Source: a virus (lineage: Duplodnaviria; Caudoviricetes). From it: a stretch of 64,000 nucleotides of DNA. The stretch covers positions 10,760-74,759 of IMG/VR virus record IMGVR_UViG_3300030433_001936; one strand, 5' to 3'. Positions within the stretch are counted from its first letter, which is position 1. Each line of letters starts with the position of its first letter. The notes beneath the pieces are model-generated. The model saw nothing but the letters and a program-made list of their open reading frames with translations, did not search any database and was not told the DNA's origin. This document shows, one piece after another, positions 46,137 through 56,082 of this stretch. Made by a program: the position numbers and the translations under genes.

Positions 46137-46897
46137 CCAAGATGAATGTTGCAAAGAACGAACTTGTTCGTTTCGTTGGTGGCTTCGGACCTGGTGTGAA
46201 AGACCTCAAACTCAAAGTGGAAAGCAATCAGTTGAAGGCGGGGGTTGCATTGTCAACCCACTTCCTTTCTAAAGCAATCGTTGTTGAACAGATTGAAGCG
46301 GGTGATTTGATTATCAGCGACATCGCCAAGTTCAACAATTTCTTGAAGGCTGCTCAAGGCACGGATGTGCAACTCCAACAGAACCTAGCGGGACGCAACA
46401 CCGAGTTGCGTATCACATGTGGGAAGTCGGTGTTCACCATCCCGTCCACCAATGAGGTGGCGAGTTGTGCTTCGCTTGAGGCTGCTGGCAATCTCGTGAA
46501 GGCATCCGCTGAATCCAATTGGAAGGAGTTCGGTGGCAACGCACTGTCGTGCTACGCCATCGTGGATGTTGTTGATGTTCAAGCGGTTGCACCGTTGGGT
46601 AAGGTCGTTGGAACAGACAACCCATACCGATTGGTGTTGACCAACAAACAGAAGCAAGGTGTCATCAGCACGGGGAAGCATCACAACGGACAAGTGTTTC
46701 ACAAATTTGATTTGATTGACCCGTCCGTTGATGAAACGATTCAAACACAGTTCGGACCTTGGTTTCCCGAAGTCCTCGGCACATTGCCGTTGGGTAAAGC
46801 GGAGATTTACACAGGTGAGAATGCCGTGCTTGTCTTCAACCATCAAGACAAAGACTGTCTGCTTGTTGTGATTGACCAACGACCCGATGAGGAGTGA
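46133..46897 (+). CDS. Sliding clamp (PCNA-like)
   Basis: ~255 aa two-domain alpha/beta pattern between the recombinase and PolB, with RFC nearby. Confidence 0.55.
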   Translation: MTKMNVAKNELVRFVGGFGPGVKDLKLKVESNQLKAGVALSTHFLSKAIVVEQIEAGDLIISDIAKFNNFLKAAQGTDVQLQQNLAGRNTELRITCGKSVFTIPSTNEVASCASLEAAGNLVKASAESNWKEFGGNALSCYAIVDVVDVQAVAPLGKVVGTDNPYRLVLTNKQKQGVISTGKHHNGQVFHKFDLIDPSVDETIQTQFGPWFPEVLGTLPLGKAEIYTGENAVLVFNHQDKDCLLVVIDQRPDEE

Positions 46898-49197
46898 TTC
46901 ACATGATTGTGGATACGCTCTATGATGGGGGCATCGTAGGGAGATACCGTGATGAAGAGAACAACCGTGTGGTCATGGGCGACACTGGCTTCAAGGATTA
47001 TTTCTTTGTGGATAAGGAAGAAGCGTTTGTCGTCAATCTCAATGCGGAGTGGAAGCGTGAGTTTTCTCATGCTGACATTGTGTTCAATGGATACGAATCG
47101 GTTGATGGTGTTGCATTGGCGCAGGTCATCTGCGACCACCCATACGACAAGACACGCATGAAGAAGTACTTCACAAAGACATGGGAAGGCGACATACCGT
47201 TTGCCGACAGGTGGATGATTGACAATATGTACGAGCAACCCAATTGGAATCCACGCAAGTGTTGGTTTGACATTGAATGGAATCCCGATGACAACAATGA
47301 CTTCACTACATGTTGGGCTGGACTTGACTCATACACCAACGAAGCAACATGCTTCGCATGGCGTGAAGGTCAAGATGGATATGAAAAGGTTGAGCGGGAC
47401 AACTACACTCTTCACATATACACATGTGAGGAAGAACTCCACGAAGCCGTCATTGATTACATCGTCAGCCATGACTTTGACATGCTGATTGCCCACGCTG
47501 CTATGTGGGCTGACATGCCACACATGGTCAAGCGATTCAAGAACATCAAACGCATCTCCCCGTATGGTGAAGTGCGAAGGGTGAGGGAAGGCAACGATGG
47601 ATACCGTCATGATGACCAACCCATCGTGGGTCGCCTTGTCTTTGACACCGCTGCTCGCGCTGGTGATGGCACGGGCTTTGAACGGGTGTGGATGGATAGT
47701 GGCAATGGTCAGTTCCCATCACGCAAGTTGAATGAGATTGGTGTGCATCTTGGATTGGGTGAAAAGGACGACATTGATTTAACCAACGATTGGCGAGAAA
47801 ATTTCTTCCGCTATTGCGACTACTGTGTGCGAGATGTTGAGTTAATGAAGGACATTGATGTGTATCTCCATGCGACTGACTTCTTCATGAACATGGTTCG
47901 TTTCTGTGGTGTGTCGTTCACATCCACATTTGAAGTGGGCAAGTTCGCACGGGGATTGGTGAACCGAAGGACGGAACTCAAGTTCCCTTCACGGGCAAAG
48001 GACAGAAGGCGTGAGCGTGGTTCAGTACAAGGTGCTACGGTCATGTCGCCAACGCCAGGTCTGCACAACGGTGTGGCTGTTTTGGATTTCAAGGGATTGT
48101 ATCCTTCAATCATGTTGGGGGACAACCTATGTTGGACGACATATCGTGATGAACCAACGGAAACCACACGCACACTATCCAATGGCACACACTGGTGTCA
48201 AGAGAACAAAGGTATCCTTCCCCGAATCGTTGAGTATCTGTTTGAAGAACGACAGGAGTTGAAGCGACAAGGCAACCGCATTCTTGAGAAGGCGGTCAAG
48301 CGTGTGATGGCTTCGCTGTATGGTCTGGTGAATGAAACACTTGGTCATGGCATGGCGGATGAACGCATTGGTGCGACCATCACGGCACAAGGTCGCTACT
48401 CATTGGATGTGTTGAGGGCAAAGTGTGAAGCCATCGGACACCCCGTACTCTTCGGACACACGGACAGTTGTTTTATTCTGTGTCGTAAGGATGATGTTGG
48501 AAGGGTCGCACAAGCAGTGACTGATGTTATTCAAGACGCTACGGGCAACAAGAAATTGTTTGCGGAAGCGGAAGCGTGGATGCCATTGTGGTTCTGCGGT
48601 GATGTCAAGAACCGATACGCAGGTCTGATTGACTGGCCTGTTGAAGACGCTGGCAAATTGAAAGTGTCGGGCTTTGAAATGAAGCACAGTTCAACACCAC
48701 CATTGGTTCGCGACATCCAAAAGCAGGTATTGATGAGCGTGGTGCAGGGTGATACCGAATGGGAAACCACCGCCTTTGTGAAATCACACATGGACGCATT
48801 GCGAAACGGGGATGTACCCGTTGAGGACATCTCCATCATCACACGGTTGTCAAAGGACATTGAACCTGCACCCGCATACAAACACAACCCCGAGAAGCAT
48901 TACCCTATTACTGCGGGTGGGTATGCGAAGGCTGCTCGCTTTGCGAACTGGTACAACGGGGGTCAATTCAAGAAGGGCGACAGTGTGCGTTGGGTCTATG
49001 TATCCAACAACATGCTGACTACCCATGATACGGATGTGATTGCATACGATGACCCGAAGGATTTGGATGCATTTGAAATAGATATTGAGGGTGTCATCAA
49101 CAAATCGGTGCGGAAGAAACTCCGACTGATTTACGATGTACTCGGATGGGATTTGAACAAAGCGTTGGATAAACACCAACCAAAAACATACTGGTGA
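46894..49197 (+). CDS. polB: Family B DNA polymerase
   Basis: ExoI FDIE, ExoIII YCVRD, LDFKGLYPS, KRVMASLYG, FGHTDS, KNRY. Confidence 0.95.
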   Translation: MIHMIVDTLYDGGIVGRYRDEENNRVVMGDTGFKDYFFVDKEEAFVVNLNAEWKREFSHADIVFNGYESVDGVALAQVICDHPYDKTRMKKYFTKTWEGDIPFADRWMIDNMYEQPNWNPRKCWFDIEWNPDDNNDFTTCWAGLDSYTNEATCFAWREGQDGYEKVERDNYTLHIYTCEEELHEAVIDYIVSHDFDMLIAHAAMWADMPHMVKRFKNIKRISPYGEVRRVREGNDGYRHDDQPIVGRLVFDTAARAGDGTGFERVWMDSGNGQFPSRKLNEIGVHLGLGEKDDIDLTNDWRENFFRYCDYCVRDVELMKDIDVYLHATDFFMNMVRFCGVSFTSTFEVGKFARGLVNRRTELKFPSRAKDRRRERGSVQGATVMSPTPGLHNGVAVLDFKGLYPSIMLGDNLCWTTYRDEPTETTRTLSNGTHWCQENKGILPRIVEYLFEERQELKRQGNRILEKAVKRVMASLYGLVNETLGHGMADERIGATITAQGRYSLDVLRAKCEAIGHPVLFGHTDSCFILCRKDDVGRVAQAVTDVIQDATGNKKLFAEAEAWMPLWFCGDVKNRYAGLIDWPVEDAGKLKVSGFEMKHSSTPPLVRDIQKQVLMSVVQGDTEWETTAFVKSHMDALRNGDVPVEDISIITRLSKDIEPAPAYKHNPEKHYPITAGGYAKAARFANWYNGGQFKKGDSVRWVYVSNNMLTTHDTDVIAYDDPKDLDAFEIDIEGVINKSVRKKLRLIYDVLGWDLNKALDKHQPKTYW

Positions 49198-49201
49198 TAA
49201 C

Positions 49202-49318
49202 ATGACAGGAAGAGGAACATTACGGTTTTGGGGATTGATACTTGACGGACAACGGAAGATTACTGATTGGTTGTTAAATACCCCTCCGAAACCACATGAC
49301 ACGGAGGAAGAAGAATGA
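49202..49318 (+). CDS. 38 aa micro-ORF with a PIP-box-like motif
   Basis: GGTGA RBS; MTGRGTLRFWGLILDGQRKITDWLLNTPPKPHDTEEEE; ATGA-coupled to the next gene. Confidence 0.45.
   Translation: MTGRGTLRFWGLILDGQRKITDWLLNTPPKPHDTEEEE
49274..49287 (+). promoter_or_regulatory. Conserved promoter copy lacking the palindrome
   Basis: TTAAATACCCCTCC. Confidence 0.65.
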
Positions 49319-49518
49319 GCGACATTGAAGATAAGGTTGCTGAAAAAATCAAGCAACGAGGCAAAGTCGGTGAAAAGAAATATGGAGTCAGCATGGCTGA
49401 CGAACATCGGTTGTCATTCAATGAATGGCTGACCCACTTGCAAGAAGAATTGATGGATGCATCGGTGTACTTGGAGAAACTCATGGAGATGATGGAGGCG
49501 AAGAAGGATGGCGAATAA
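49315..49518 (+). CDS. Small all-alpha NTP-pyrophosphatase-like (MazG-related) protein
   Basis: RGKVGEKKYG..EWLTHLQEELMDASVYLEK. Confidence 0.55.
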   Translation: MSDIEDKVAEKIKQRGKVGEKKYGVSMADEHRLSFNEWLTHLQEELMDASVYLEKLMEMMEAKKDGE

Positions 49519-49738
49519 AGGGAAATGGTATGACAACATGATTGACAAATACCTTGTTGAGTTCTTGTCATCGGATTGGAAGTCAGCGAAGTCGTGCTGT
49601 GAATACATCATCAGTGAAGGCAATACGAATGTGCCGAATGCCAATGCGATGTCATCGTATCTCAAGCGACATCCGAAAGTCAAGAGCAGATACTCCACTC
49701 CGTGGAGTCATGACCGATTATACAGGTGGGACTCATGA
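49508..49738 (+). CDS. Small hypothetical (wHTH-like) protein
   Basis: 76 aa coupled ORF. Confidence 0.6.
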   Translation: MANKGKWYDNMIDKYLVEFLSSDWKSAKSCCEYIISEGNTNVPNANAMSSYLKRHPKVKSRYSTPWSHDRLYRWDS

Positions 49739-50070
49739 GTATCGTTGACGACATCATTGCGTTGCAACAGGAAAACGATACGCTTCGCGCTACCTTACAT
49801 GATGTTCGGGACGCATTGCAGATGCTGATGACCATCGTGGATGGATTGATTGAAGAGAATGTGGGTGAGCCTGAACCCGTTGAAGAAGCAACAACGGATG
49901 AAGAACTCATGGAAGAAGAAGAAGGTGAGGAAAGCGTGTGGGAAGTCATAGATGCACCCGAGCCTGAAGAAGCACGGTATGAGTTGACACACTTCGGCAA
50001 CGAAGACAAACAAGGCTCGGCTACATACCGTGTGGATGTGAGTGATGTGCTTGGCGGGAGGGGATTCTAA
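49735..50070 (+). CDS. Coiled-coil, acidic hypothetical protein
   Basis: Heptad N-terminus, poly-E linker. Confidence 0.7.
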   Translation: MSIVDDIIALQQENDTLRATLHDVRDALQMLMTIVDGLIEENVGEPEPVEEATTDEELMEEEEGEESVWEVIDAPEPEEARYELTHFGNEDKQGSATYRVDVSDVLGGRGF

Positions 50071-50990
50071 TGGGGGAACTCAACGAAACATCCACATACG
50101 CATGGACGGTTGATTCCGACAAGCGCATTCGTATCAGCAAATCCACATTGGATACATATTCCAATTGGTGCGCTCAACAAATGTGGTTGGATAAGGTCAT
50201 CCCATCGGGTGAGAAGATAGAGGATTATCTCATCATCGGAAGCAATGTGCATGACCGCACGGAACATTTTTACAACAACGGTTGGGATAATACCGATGTC
50301 ATTGACGAAGCGATTGCGGATGCAAAGCAGGGCAACTACAAATCAGCCCGTGCAAAACTCCGTGGTTTGTTTCCCGATGCGGAAGGGGATTACATTGACC
50401 GTGAGCAACAGTATCAAGATTGGATTCTTGACAACGACATTCAACGACTGAAGCATTGTGAAGACCACACCGACTTCCTTCCCGTTGGGAATGAGTTGGA
50501 CTTGGATGCAATCATTGAGGTGGATGTGGACGGCACGACATACGAAGTGCATCTGCGTGGTATCATTGACCGCATTTTCAAATCGGATGAAGGCATAGCC
50601 CTCATGGAATTGAAGACGGGGAAGTGGCACAACGCTAACACATCTAAAATGAAGGGTGAGATGTCATACTACGCATATCTGCTTGAAGAATCGGGGGCGG
50701 GTTTGGAACTCGGACCAGTGACTCATTACGGGTGGAGGTATCCAAAGGCTGACTATTGGGATTACATGGAAGCAAAGAAGGTATCCATCACCGCCATGAA
50801 GAAGCGGTTGCACAAGTTGGTGCGGGCATATGTTGAGCATGACTTCCCACCAACGAAGGCTGAATTCAAGTGTGGCTACTGCGACTTCATGGCGTTCTGC
50901 CCGAAGTGGACTCCGTATGAGAATCCAATAGAAGTGGCGAATGGTGAAGAACCGATATGGAAGGAGGGTCGTCATGGCGAGAATTTCTGA
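50070..50990 (+). CDS. PD-(D/E)XK nuclease, RecB/AddB/Cas4-like with Fe-S cysteines
   Basis: SKSTL..WC, RGIIDRI, ELKTG, CGYCDFMAFCP. Confidence 0.85.
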   Translation: MGELNETSTYAWTVDSDKRIRISKSTLDTYSNWCAQQMWLDKVIPSGEKIEDYLIIGSNVHDRTEHFYNNGWDNTDVIDEAIADAKQGNYKSARAKLRGLFPDAEGDYIDREQQYQDWILDNDIQRLKHCEDHTDFLPVGNELDLDAIIEVDVDGTTYEVHLRGIIDRIFKSDEGIALMELKTGKWHNANTSKMKGEMSYYAYLLEESGAGLELGPVTHYGWRYPKADYWDYMEAKKVSITAMKKRLHKLVRAYVEHDFPPTKAEFKCGYCDFMAFCPKWTPYENPIEVANGEEPIWKEGRHGENF

Positions 50991-51270
50991 CCAACGGTTG
51001 GAAACAACCGCATTCACTGTAGCGATGGAGTGGTGGTTGCAACGCATGATTGTCAATGGAGAGGTGAGTGTTCGCATGGGCGATGCGAAGAAAGCCCGTG
51101 GCTTTGATGCACACCACGATGACCGTGAAGCCATGTTCGTAGTGGATAGACGATACCTTTCCGACCCCGAAGAAACGATTGACATCATTGAGAAATTGTA
51201 TGCGTGGGTTGAGCATTGGAATGAGATTGAGGAGAGAAAGAGATGCAACTATCAGTTCAAGCAAATTTGA
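50974..51270 (+). CDS. Hypothetical protein
   Basis: Coupled ORF. Confidence 0.65.
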   Translation: MARISDQRLETTAFTVAMEWWLQRMIVNGEVSVRMGDAKKARGFDAHHDDREAMFVVDRRYLSDPEETIDIIEKLYAWVEHWNEIEERKRCNYQFKQI

Positions 51271-52361
51271 TTCACCTTGATTACCCACGGGAAGTCAATC
51301 TGTTCCGTCGCATTGTTCACGACAAAGAACAATTCAACCGATGGTGGGTTTCTTTGGATAATGCTTCGGATGCCTACATGACAGTGTATGGTTTCCGTGA
51401 AACCAAAGCACCGAACCACAGGCGTGGTGATTATCAAACCGCTATCGTGCGACACTTTGTTCTTGACTTTGACTGCACATCCATTGTCGGTGGCAAGCGG
51501 ATTGATGTGCCATTGGAAGTCCCCTTCGGTGAAGTCCAACGGTTGCATGAGTATCTGGTTGAGCAGAACATATGTCATGGCGTATGGTTCAGCGGTGGTG
51601 GATTCCATGTGTGGATTAAACTGGCAAAGGTGCATACCCCACGGACAGGTATGGAGTCATCCATTCTCAAAGGTGCGGGTCGTTGGATGGTTCGTCAATG
51701 GGCGGAGCATTTGAAACTCAATTGCATTGACCCTACAGTGACTTTTGATTTGGCATCGTTGATTCGTGTGCCGAATTCGTATAGCGTCAAGCGTCAACTG
51801 TGGAGCATTCCATTGACCACGGAAGAGATTCAATCATGTAGCGTGGATGATATTCAAGCGCTCGCAAAGAAACACAGGTCTGGATATTTCCAATACGGCA
51901 TGGAAGGTGCAGTGTTGGATTTGGAAAGCAGACCAACGGTTGCTTTAACGGGGATGTTGAATGATACGCAGGACATACCCACCATCACGATGGATGGGAT
52001 TGCAGTTCTGCCGTGCCTTCAAGCGTCGTCGTGTCGTCAAGGTAGCAACCCAACACACGATGCACGGTATCACCTTGCGTCATACCTTGCATCACGGTTG
52101 CGGAATTTCGCACCGCCACAGTCCCAACCACACAACGAGGATAAGCACATCCTAACGATTGTGGACTTCATTGAGTCGTTGGGATGGGTGGATTACAAAA
52201 GAGATATAACGCGTGAGCGTGTGGCGCATATTGTCCGAGGACCGTATTCGCACACCCCATGCTGGAGCCTATTCAATCGTGGTTATTGCGTTGGCAAATG
52301 CCACTTGTGGGATGGTACGGGTACTATCCCCAGTATCAACAAAGGAAGTGAAAACAAATGA
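51243..52361 (+). CDS. priS: Archaeo-eukaryotic primase, PriS fused to a PriL-CTD-like domain
   Basis: VLDFD, FSGGGFH, LIRVPNS; C-terminal [22 protein letters not shown]. Confidence 0.8.
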   Translation: MQLSVQANLIHLDYPREVNLFRRIVHDKEQFNRWWVSLDNASDAYMTVYGFRETKAPNHRRGDYQTAIVRHFVLDFDCTSIVGGKRIDVPLEVPFGEVQRLHEYLVEQNICHGVWFSGGGFHVWIKLAKVHTPRTGMESSILKGAGRWMVRQWAEHLKLNCIDPTVTFDLASLIRVPNSYSVKRQLWSIPLTTEEIQSCSVDDIQALAKKHRSGYFQYGMEGAVLDLESRPTVALTGMLNDTQDIPTITMDGIAVLPCLQASSCRQGSNPTHDARYHLASYLASRLRNFAPPQSQPHNEDKHILTIVDFIESLGWVDYKRDITRERVAHIVRGPYSHTPCWSLFNRGYCVGKCHLWDGTGTIPSINKGSENK

Positions 52362-53875
52362 AGAGAGAGAAGACATGTGAGATATTGGTCGGACATGCCA
52401 TTGACCGACTGCGGGGATTGCCAGACAATAGTGTGGATTTGATAGTCACCAGCCCACCGTATTGGGCGTTGCGTGATTACAAGACTGACCCCGTGGTGTT
52501 TGGCGGTGATGTTGACTGTGAACACGAATGGGGAGAAGACACAAGCGAAAAGGCGTGGACCTACAATGTGCCACAGACCGAGCGCGGAGATGATGTCTAT
52601 CCCGATGAAGAACAGGAGAAAACGAAGCACGACATATGCAACAAGTGTGGGGCATGGCGTGGGCAATTGGGTCTTGAAGCAACACCCGATTTGTTCGCTG
52701 ACCATTTGGTTGAAATCTTTGAAGAATGCCGAAGGGTGTTAAAACCAACGGGCAATCTATGGGTCAACCTCGGTGATTCCTACATGCGAAAGTCGGTCTT
52801 CAAAGAACCCGAAACATACGGTTTCCAAAAGCATCGTGATTGGGCGGGGCAGTTCCGACCACAGGAGATACCCGAAGGATACAAGCGAAAGGACTTGGTC
52901 GGGTTGCCGTGGTTGTTTGCCTTCGGTGCAAGGCGAGCGGGATGGTATCTGCGAAACGACATCGTGTGGGCGAAGTCCATCAGTGGACCTCATTACCGTG
53001 GCGGTTCGTGTATGCCCGAACCCGTGGCTGACCGTTGCACACGAAGCCATGAGTACTTCTTCCACTTCACGAAGAAACCAAAGTACTACTATGACCTTGA
53101 AGCCACGGCTGAACCGTTGGCGGAAGGAGATGATATTGACATGACTCGCAACATGCGAACCGTGTGGCACTTCAATCCGAAGCCATACGCTGGCGCACAC
53201 TTCGCAGTCTATCCAAAGCGATTGATTGAACCAATCATCCGTTCATGTTCATCTGATTATGGGTGTTGTGCTGACTGTGGCACTCCGTGGATTCGTCAAG
53301 TTGTTCACAAGCGTGTGGACGGTGGTGAAGTGGGTGGTGGATGGCGACCCAACTGTGAATGTCATGGCAAAATCACCACCGTTGAAGCACAAATACCTGG
53401 TCGGTTGTTCTTGGGCGATTGGCGCAAAGAAGCCGAGAAGCGAAGTGGTGTCAAAGGCAACGCTGGTGGCAACACAGGTCTGCTTGAGTTGGCAAAGAAG
53501 TGGGGGTCGGATAACAAAGGCGAGTACAATGGTTCTGCTACGAAGGATTACCTTGCACACGACGCTGAAGACGCATCCGATGTGAAGCAACGCATCATCA
53601 AGAATCTAAGCGAACCCAAAGTGAAGACGGTGAAGGTGTATGAATCCGACCTTCCGTTGGAAGACCACCCCGTAGCACCTGCTGTGGTGCTTGACCCATT
53701 CAGCGGGTCGGGAACGACAGGCATCGTGGCAATGGAACATGGTCGCTCATACATCGGCATTGAACTCAACCCCGAGTATGCGGAGTTGTCGGAACAACGA
53801 ATCAAACAGGAACGCACAGGATTGACGGAAAAGAAATTTGCCGAATCCGCAATTGAACTGAAGGAGTATTGGTGA
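52358..53875 (+). CDS. Beta-class amino DNA methyltransferase (probably N4-cytosine) with insertions
   Basis: TSPPYW (motif IV) before DPFSGSGTT (motif I). Confidence 0.88.
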   Translation: MKREKTCEILVGHAIDRLRGLPDNSVDLIVTSPPYWALRDYKTDPVVFGGDVDCEHEWGEDTSEKAWTYNVPQTERGDDVYPDEEQEKTKHDICNKCGAWRGQLGLEATPDLFADHLVEIFEECRRVLKPTGNLWVNLGDSYMRKSVFKEPETYGFQKHRDWAGQFRPQEIPEGYKRKDLVGLPWLFAFGARRAGWYLRNDIVWAKSISGPHYRGGSCMPEPVADRCTRSHEYFFHFTKKPKYYYDLEATAEPLAEGDDIDMTRNMRTVWHFNPKPYAGAHFAVYPKRLIEPIIRSCSSDYGCCADCGTPWIRQVVHKRVDGGEVGGGWRPNCECHGKITTVEAQIPGRLFLGDWRKEAEKRSGVKGNAGGNTGLLELAKKWGSDNKGEYNGSATKDYLAHDAEDASDVKQRIIKNLSEPKVKTVKVYESDLPLEDHPVAPAVVLDPFSGSGTTGIVAMEHGRSYIGIELNPEYAELSEQRIKQERTGLTEKKFAESAIELKEYW

Positions 53876-53877
53876 GC

Positions 53878-54570
53878 ATGGTTGTCATTGACACCAACGA
53901 GCGCGGGTCATTGACCGATGCCGTGGTGCGACGGTGCGAAACCCGTTCACCTCCCGTATCGTATCACCGTGAACACTTGGTTGTTGGAGATTATCTATCG
54001 GGTGGCATCACGATTGAAGCGAAAACAATTGCTGATTTCATTGAGTCCACACGGTCAGGTCATCTATGGCGACAGTTGGAAAACATGGATGCCAATTGTG
54101 AACGAGCGGTTGTTCTTGTTTGGGGTGATGTAGCAGCGTACTTTGCACAGTTGAAGCAACGCTCGCCCACCACGAAGATGACCTTCACCCGTATCAGTCG
54201 TGAAGTCATGAGCGGTCTTGCTCGCATCACGGCTGACTTTGGATTCTCCACGGTGCGAGCCGCGAATGTGTTGGAGGCATCATCATACATCGTGAGTCTG
54301 CATGACAAGATGACCAACCCCGCATCACGCCACGGTGCAAAAGCCGTGCGTCGTGTGTCAACCAATGATGCACGGTTGGATATGTTGTTGACCATACCTG
54401 GCTTTGGTGCTGATTTGTGTGAACGGTTGTTGGAACACTGTGGTTCAATTGAAGAGATGCTTCATGTGGATGCATTGAAGGATGTGCCACGGATGGGGAA
54501 AGTTCTGCGTGGGAGGTTGTTGGAAGTGTTGACATCCGAAGACCCCGTGCGTGTGGAGAAGAAGAAGTAA
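53878..54570 (+). CDS. ERCC4/XPF-family nuclease with HhH
   Basis: VIDTNE, VGDY, IEAKTIADF; IPGFG..VPRMG HhH pair. Confidence 0.85.
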   Translation: MVVIDTNERGSLTDAVVRRCETRSPPVSYHREHLVVGDYLSGGITIEAKTIADFIESTRSGHLWRQLENMDANCERAVVLVWGDVAAYFAQLKQRSPTTKMTFTRISREVMSGLARITADFGFSTVRAANVLEASSYIVSLHDKMTNPASRHGAKAVRRVSTNDARLDMLLTIPGFGADLCERLLEHCGSIEEMLHVDALKDVPRMGKVLRGRLLEVLTSEDPVRVEKKK

Positions 54571-54594
54571 TGGTTGTATTGGTGGTTGTATTGC

Positions 54595-54609
54595 TTAAAT
54601 ACCCCTCAA
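54595..54609 (+). promoter_or_regulatory. Conserved promoter copy
   Basis: TTAAATACCCCTCAA. Confidence 0.75.
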
Positions 54610-54637
54610 CAACCACCGCACATGGAAGGTAATCCAA

Positions 54638-56056
54638 ATGGCGAGAGATTGGAAGAATTATAGAGCAGTACGGGAGTTCCCGTTGTTGAAAGGATATGTG
54701 GATATGTTCAGCGATGTATCATACCACAATGAAATGGCAGGATTGATTTCATTCCTGTATGTTCAAGGAAACACATTGGTGGACTATGTTCGCATACCCA
54801 TCAACAATTCCCACATTGACCCCCGCATCCATTTGTTTTGGGTGCAACCGACAAGGTCTGGGAAAACAATTGCGTGGGAACATACGGGTTTGATTCTTGA
54901 AGAATTGGGAATCAAGACCGACATGTTCAGCACAGGAACAAACGCTGCTCTTATTGGTTCATGGAACAAATACGAAGTGGATGGCGAACAGGTTCTTGAA
55001 TTGCAAGAAGGACTGTTGGCAGGAAAGAAAGCATTGAATTTTGACGAAGGTTCAATTTTGTTTGAAACGAAGAACCAACACCTAAGCGAAGTGGTGTTGT
55101 ATCTGCAACAAGCAATGAACCCCGTTGGGACGAGGGCAAACACATTGGTCAAACACATGAAAGACGGGACGATTGAAACCGAATCCCGTGTGTCCTTTTG
55201 GCTGACGACATTCCCACCGCAAGGTGTTCGTGAAGTCGTGTTGTCAAAGGGTGTGTTTCAGCGTGTGTTGTTGTTGATTCGTCCCTGGCCTATTGAAAGG
55301 CGTGAACAGGTATCTGAAGAAAGAACCAACACCGCCTTCAAGCGACCACCCGAATACGAATACAACATCACAGACTTTGAACGGTACTATCGCACCTTGC
55401 GTGAAGCATGTCAAAGTCGCGTGTGCCAATTGGCGGGTATCACCGCCAATGATTGGATGAAGAAGTCATCCGAAGATAAAGAAACAATTGTTCAGAATGT
55501 GATGTATGATATGTTCACTGCTGACAGGTCGTTTTACGCACTGATGGCATCACACAAAGACCACATGTATGAATTGGTTCGCATGATGGATGAGAAGATG
55601 GCGGATGTGGTATGTGCTTTCATTCCCAATCTGCTCAATTACACCATCAGCATTGCTACACACTTTGCATTGTTGGATGAGTACAACGCCACCGAATCAA
55701 TCCATGATTGGAAGGTGAGTGGCGACCATGTTGAGATGGCTGCTGAAATCATTTACGATTTGTATGAAGAACTGGTGACTTGGTTGGAATCCGAGGTTGA
55801 ACTTGAACAGGTATCAAAGGCACGAAAGGGTCGTGAGATGGCATGGACGGATGCATACAACAAATGCAAGGTCGTGTCGGTGGAAGGCAAAGAAGGCGAT
55901 TGGGTACGCAAGAGCGACCTCATGAATGTCTATGCAAAAGCCAATGGTGGTATCAGTCGGAACACACAATTCCTTCACTACAAGGATGCCAAATCTATTT
56001 TCATTGAAACATCATTGGGGGTCAGCAAGTTCGTCCAACTCGCACCAAAGCAATAA
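54638..56056 (+). CDS. AAA+ helicase, MCM-like
   Basis: QPTRSGKT Walker A, FDEG Walker B, LQQAM, C-terminal wHTH-like region. Confidence 0.65.
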   Translation: MARDWKNYRAVREFPLLKGYVDMFSDVSYHNEMAGLISFLYVQGNTLVDYVRIPINNSHIDPRIHLFWVQPTRSGKTIAWEHTGLILEELGIKTDMFSTGTNAALIGSWNKYEVDGEQVLELQEGLLAGKKALNFDEGSILFETKNQHLSEVVLYLQQAMNPVGTRANTLVKHMKDGTIETESRVSFWLTTFPPQGVREVVLSKGVFQRVLLLIRPWPIERREQVSEERTNTAFKRPPEYEYNITDFERYYRTLREACQSRVCQLAGITANDWMKKSSEDKETIVQNVMYDMFTADRSFYALMASHKDHMYELVRMMDEKMADVVCAFIPNLLNYTISIATHFALLDEYNATESIHDWKVSGDHVEMAAEIIYDLYEELVTWLESEVELEQVSKARKGREMAWTDAYNKCKVVSVEGKEGDWVRKSDLMNVYAKANGGISRNTQFLHYKDAKSIFIETSLGVSKFVQLAPKQ

Positions 56057-56082
56057 TCAAATGCGAAGTGTTGCCGTTTAGT

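Noticed and set aside
46894-49197. Inteins in PolB (also checked for the helicases, RFC and primase)
   Set aside because: Lengths are normal and no C/S...HN splice junctions interrupt conserved motifs.
50070-50990. Cas4 implying a CRISPR-Cas locus
   Set aside because: No array or other cas genes; context is a replication/recombination module.
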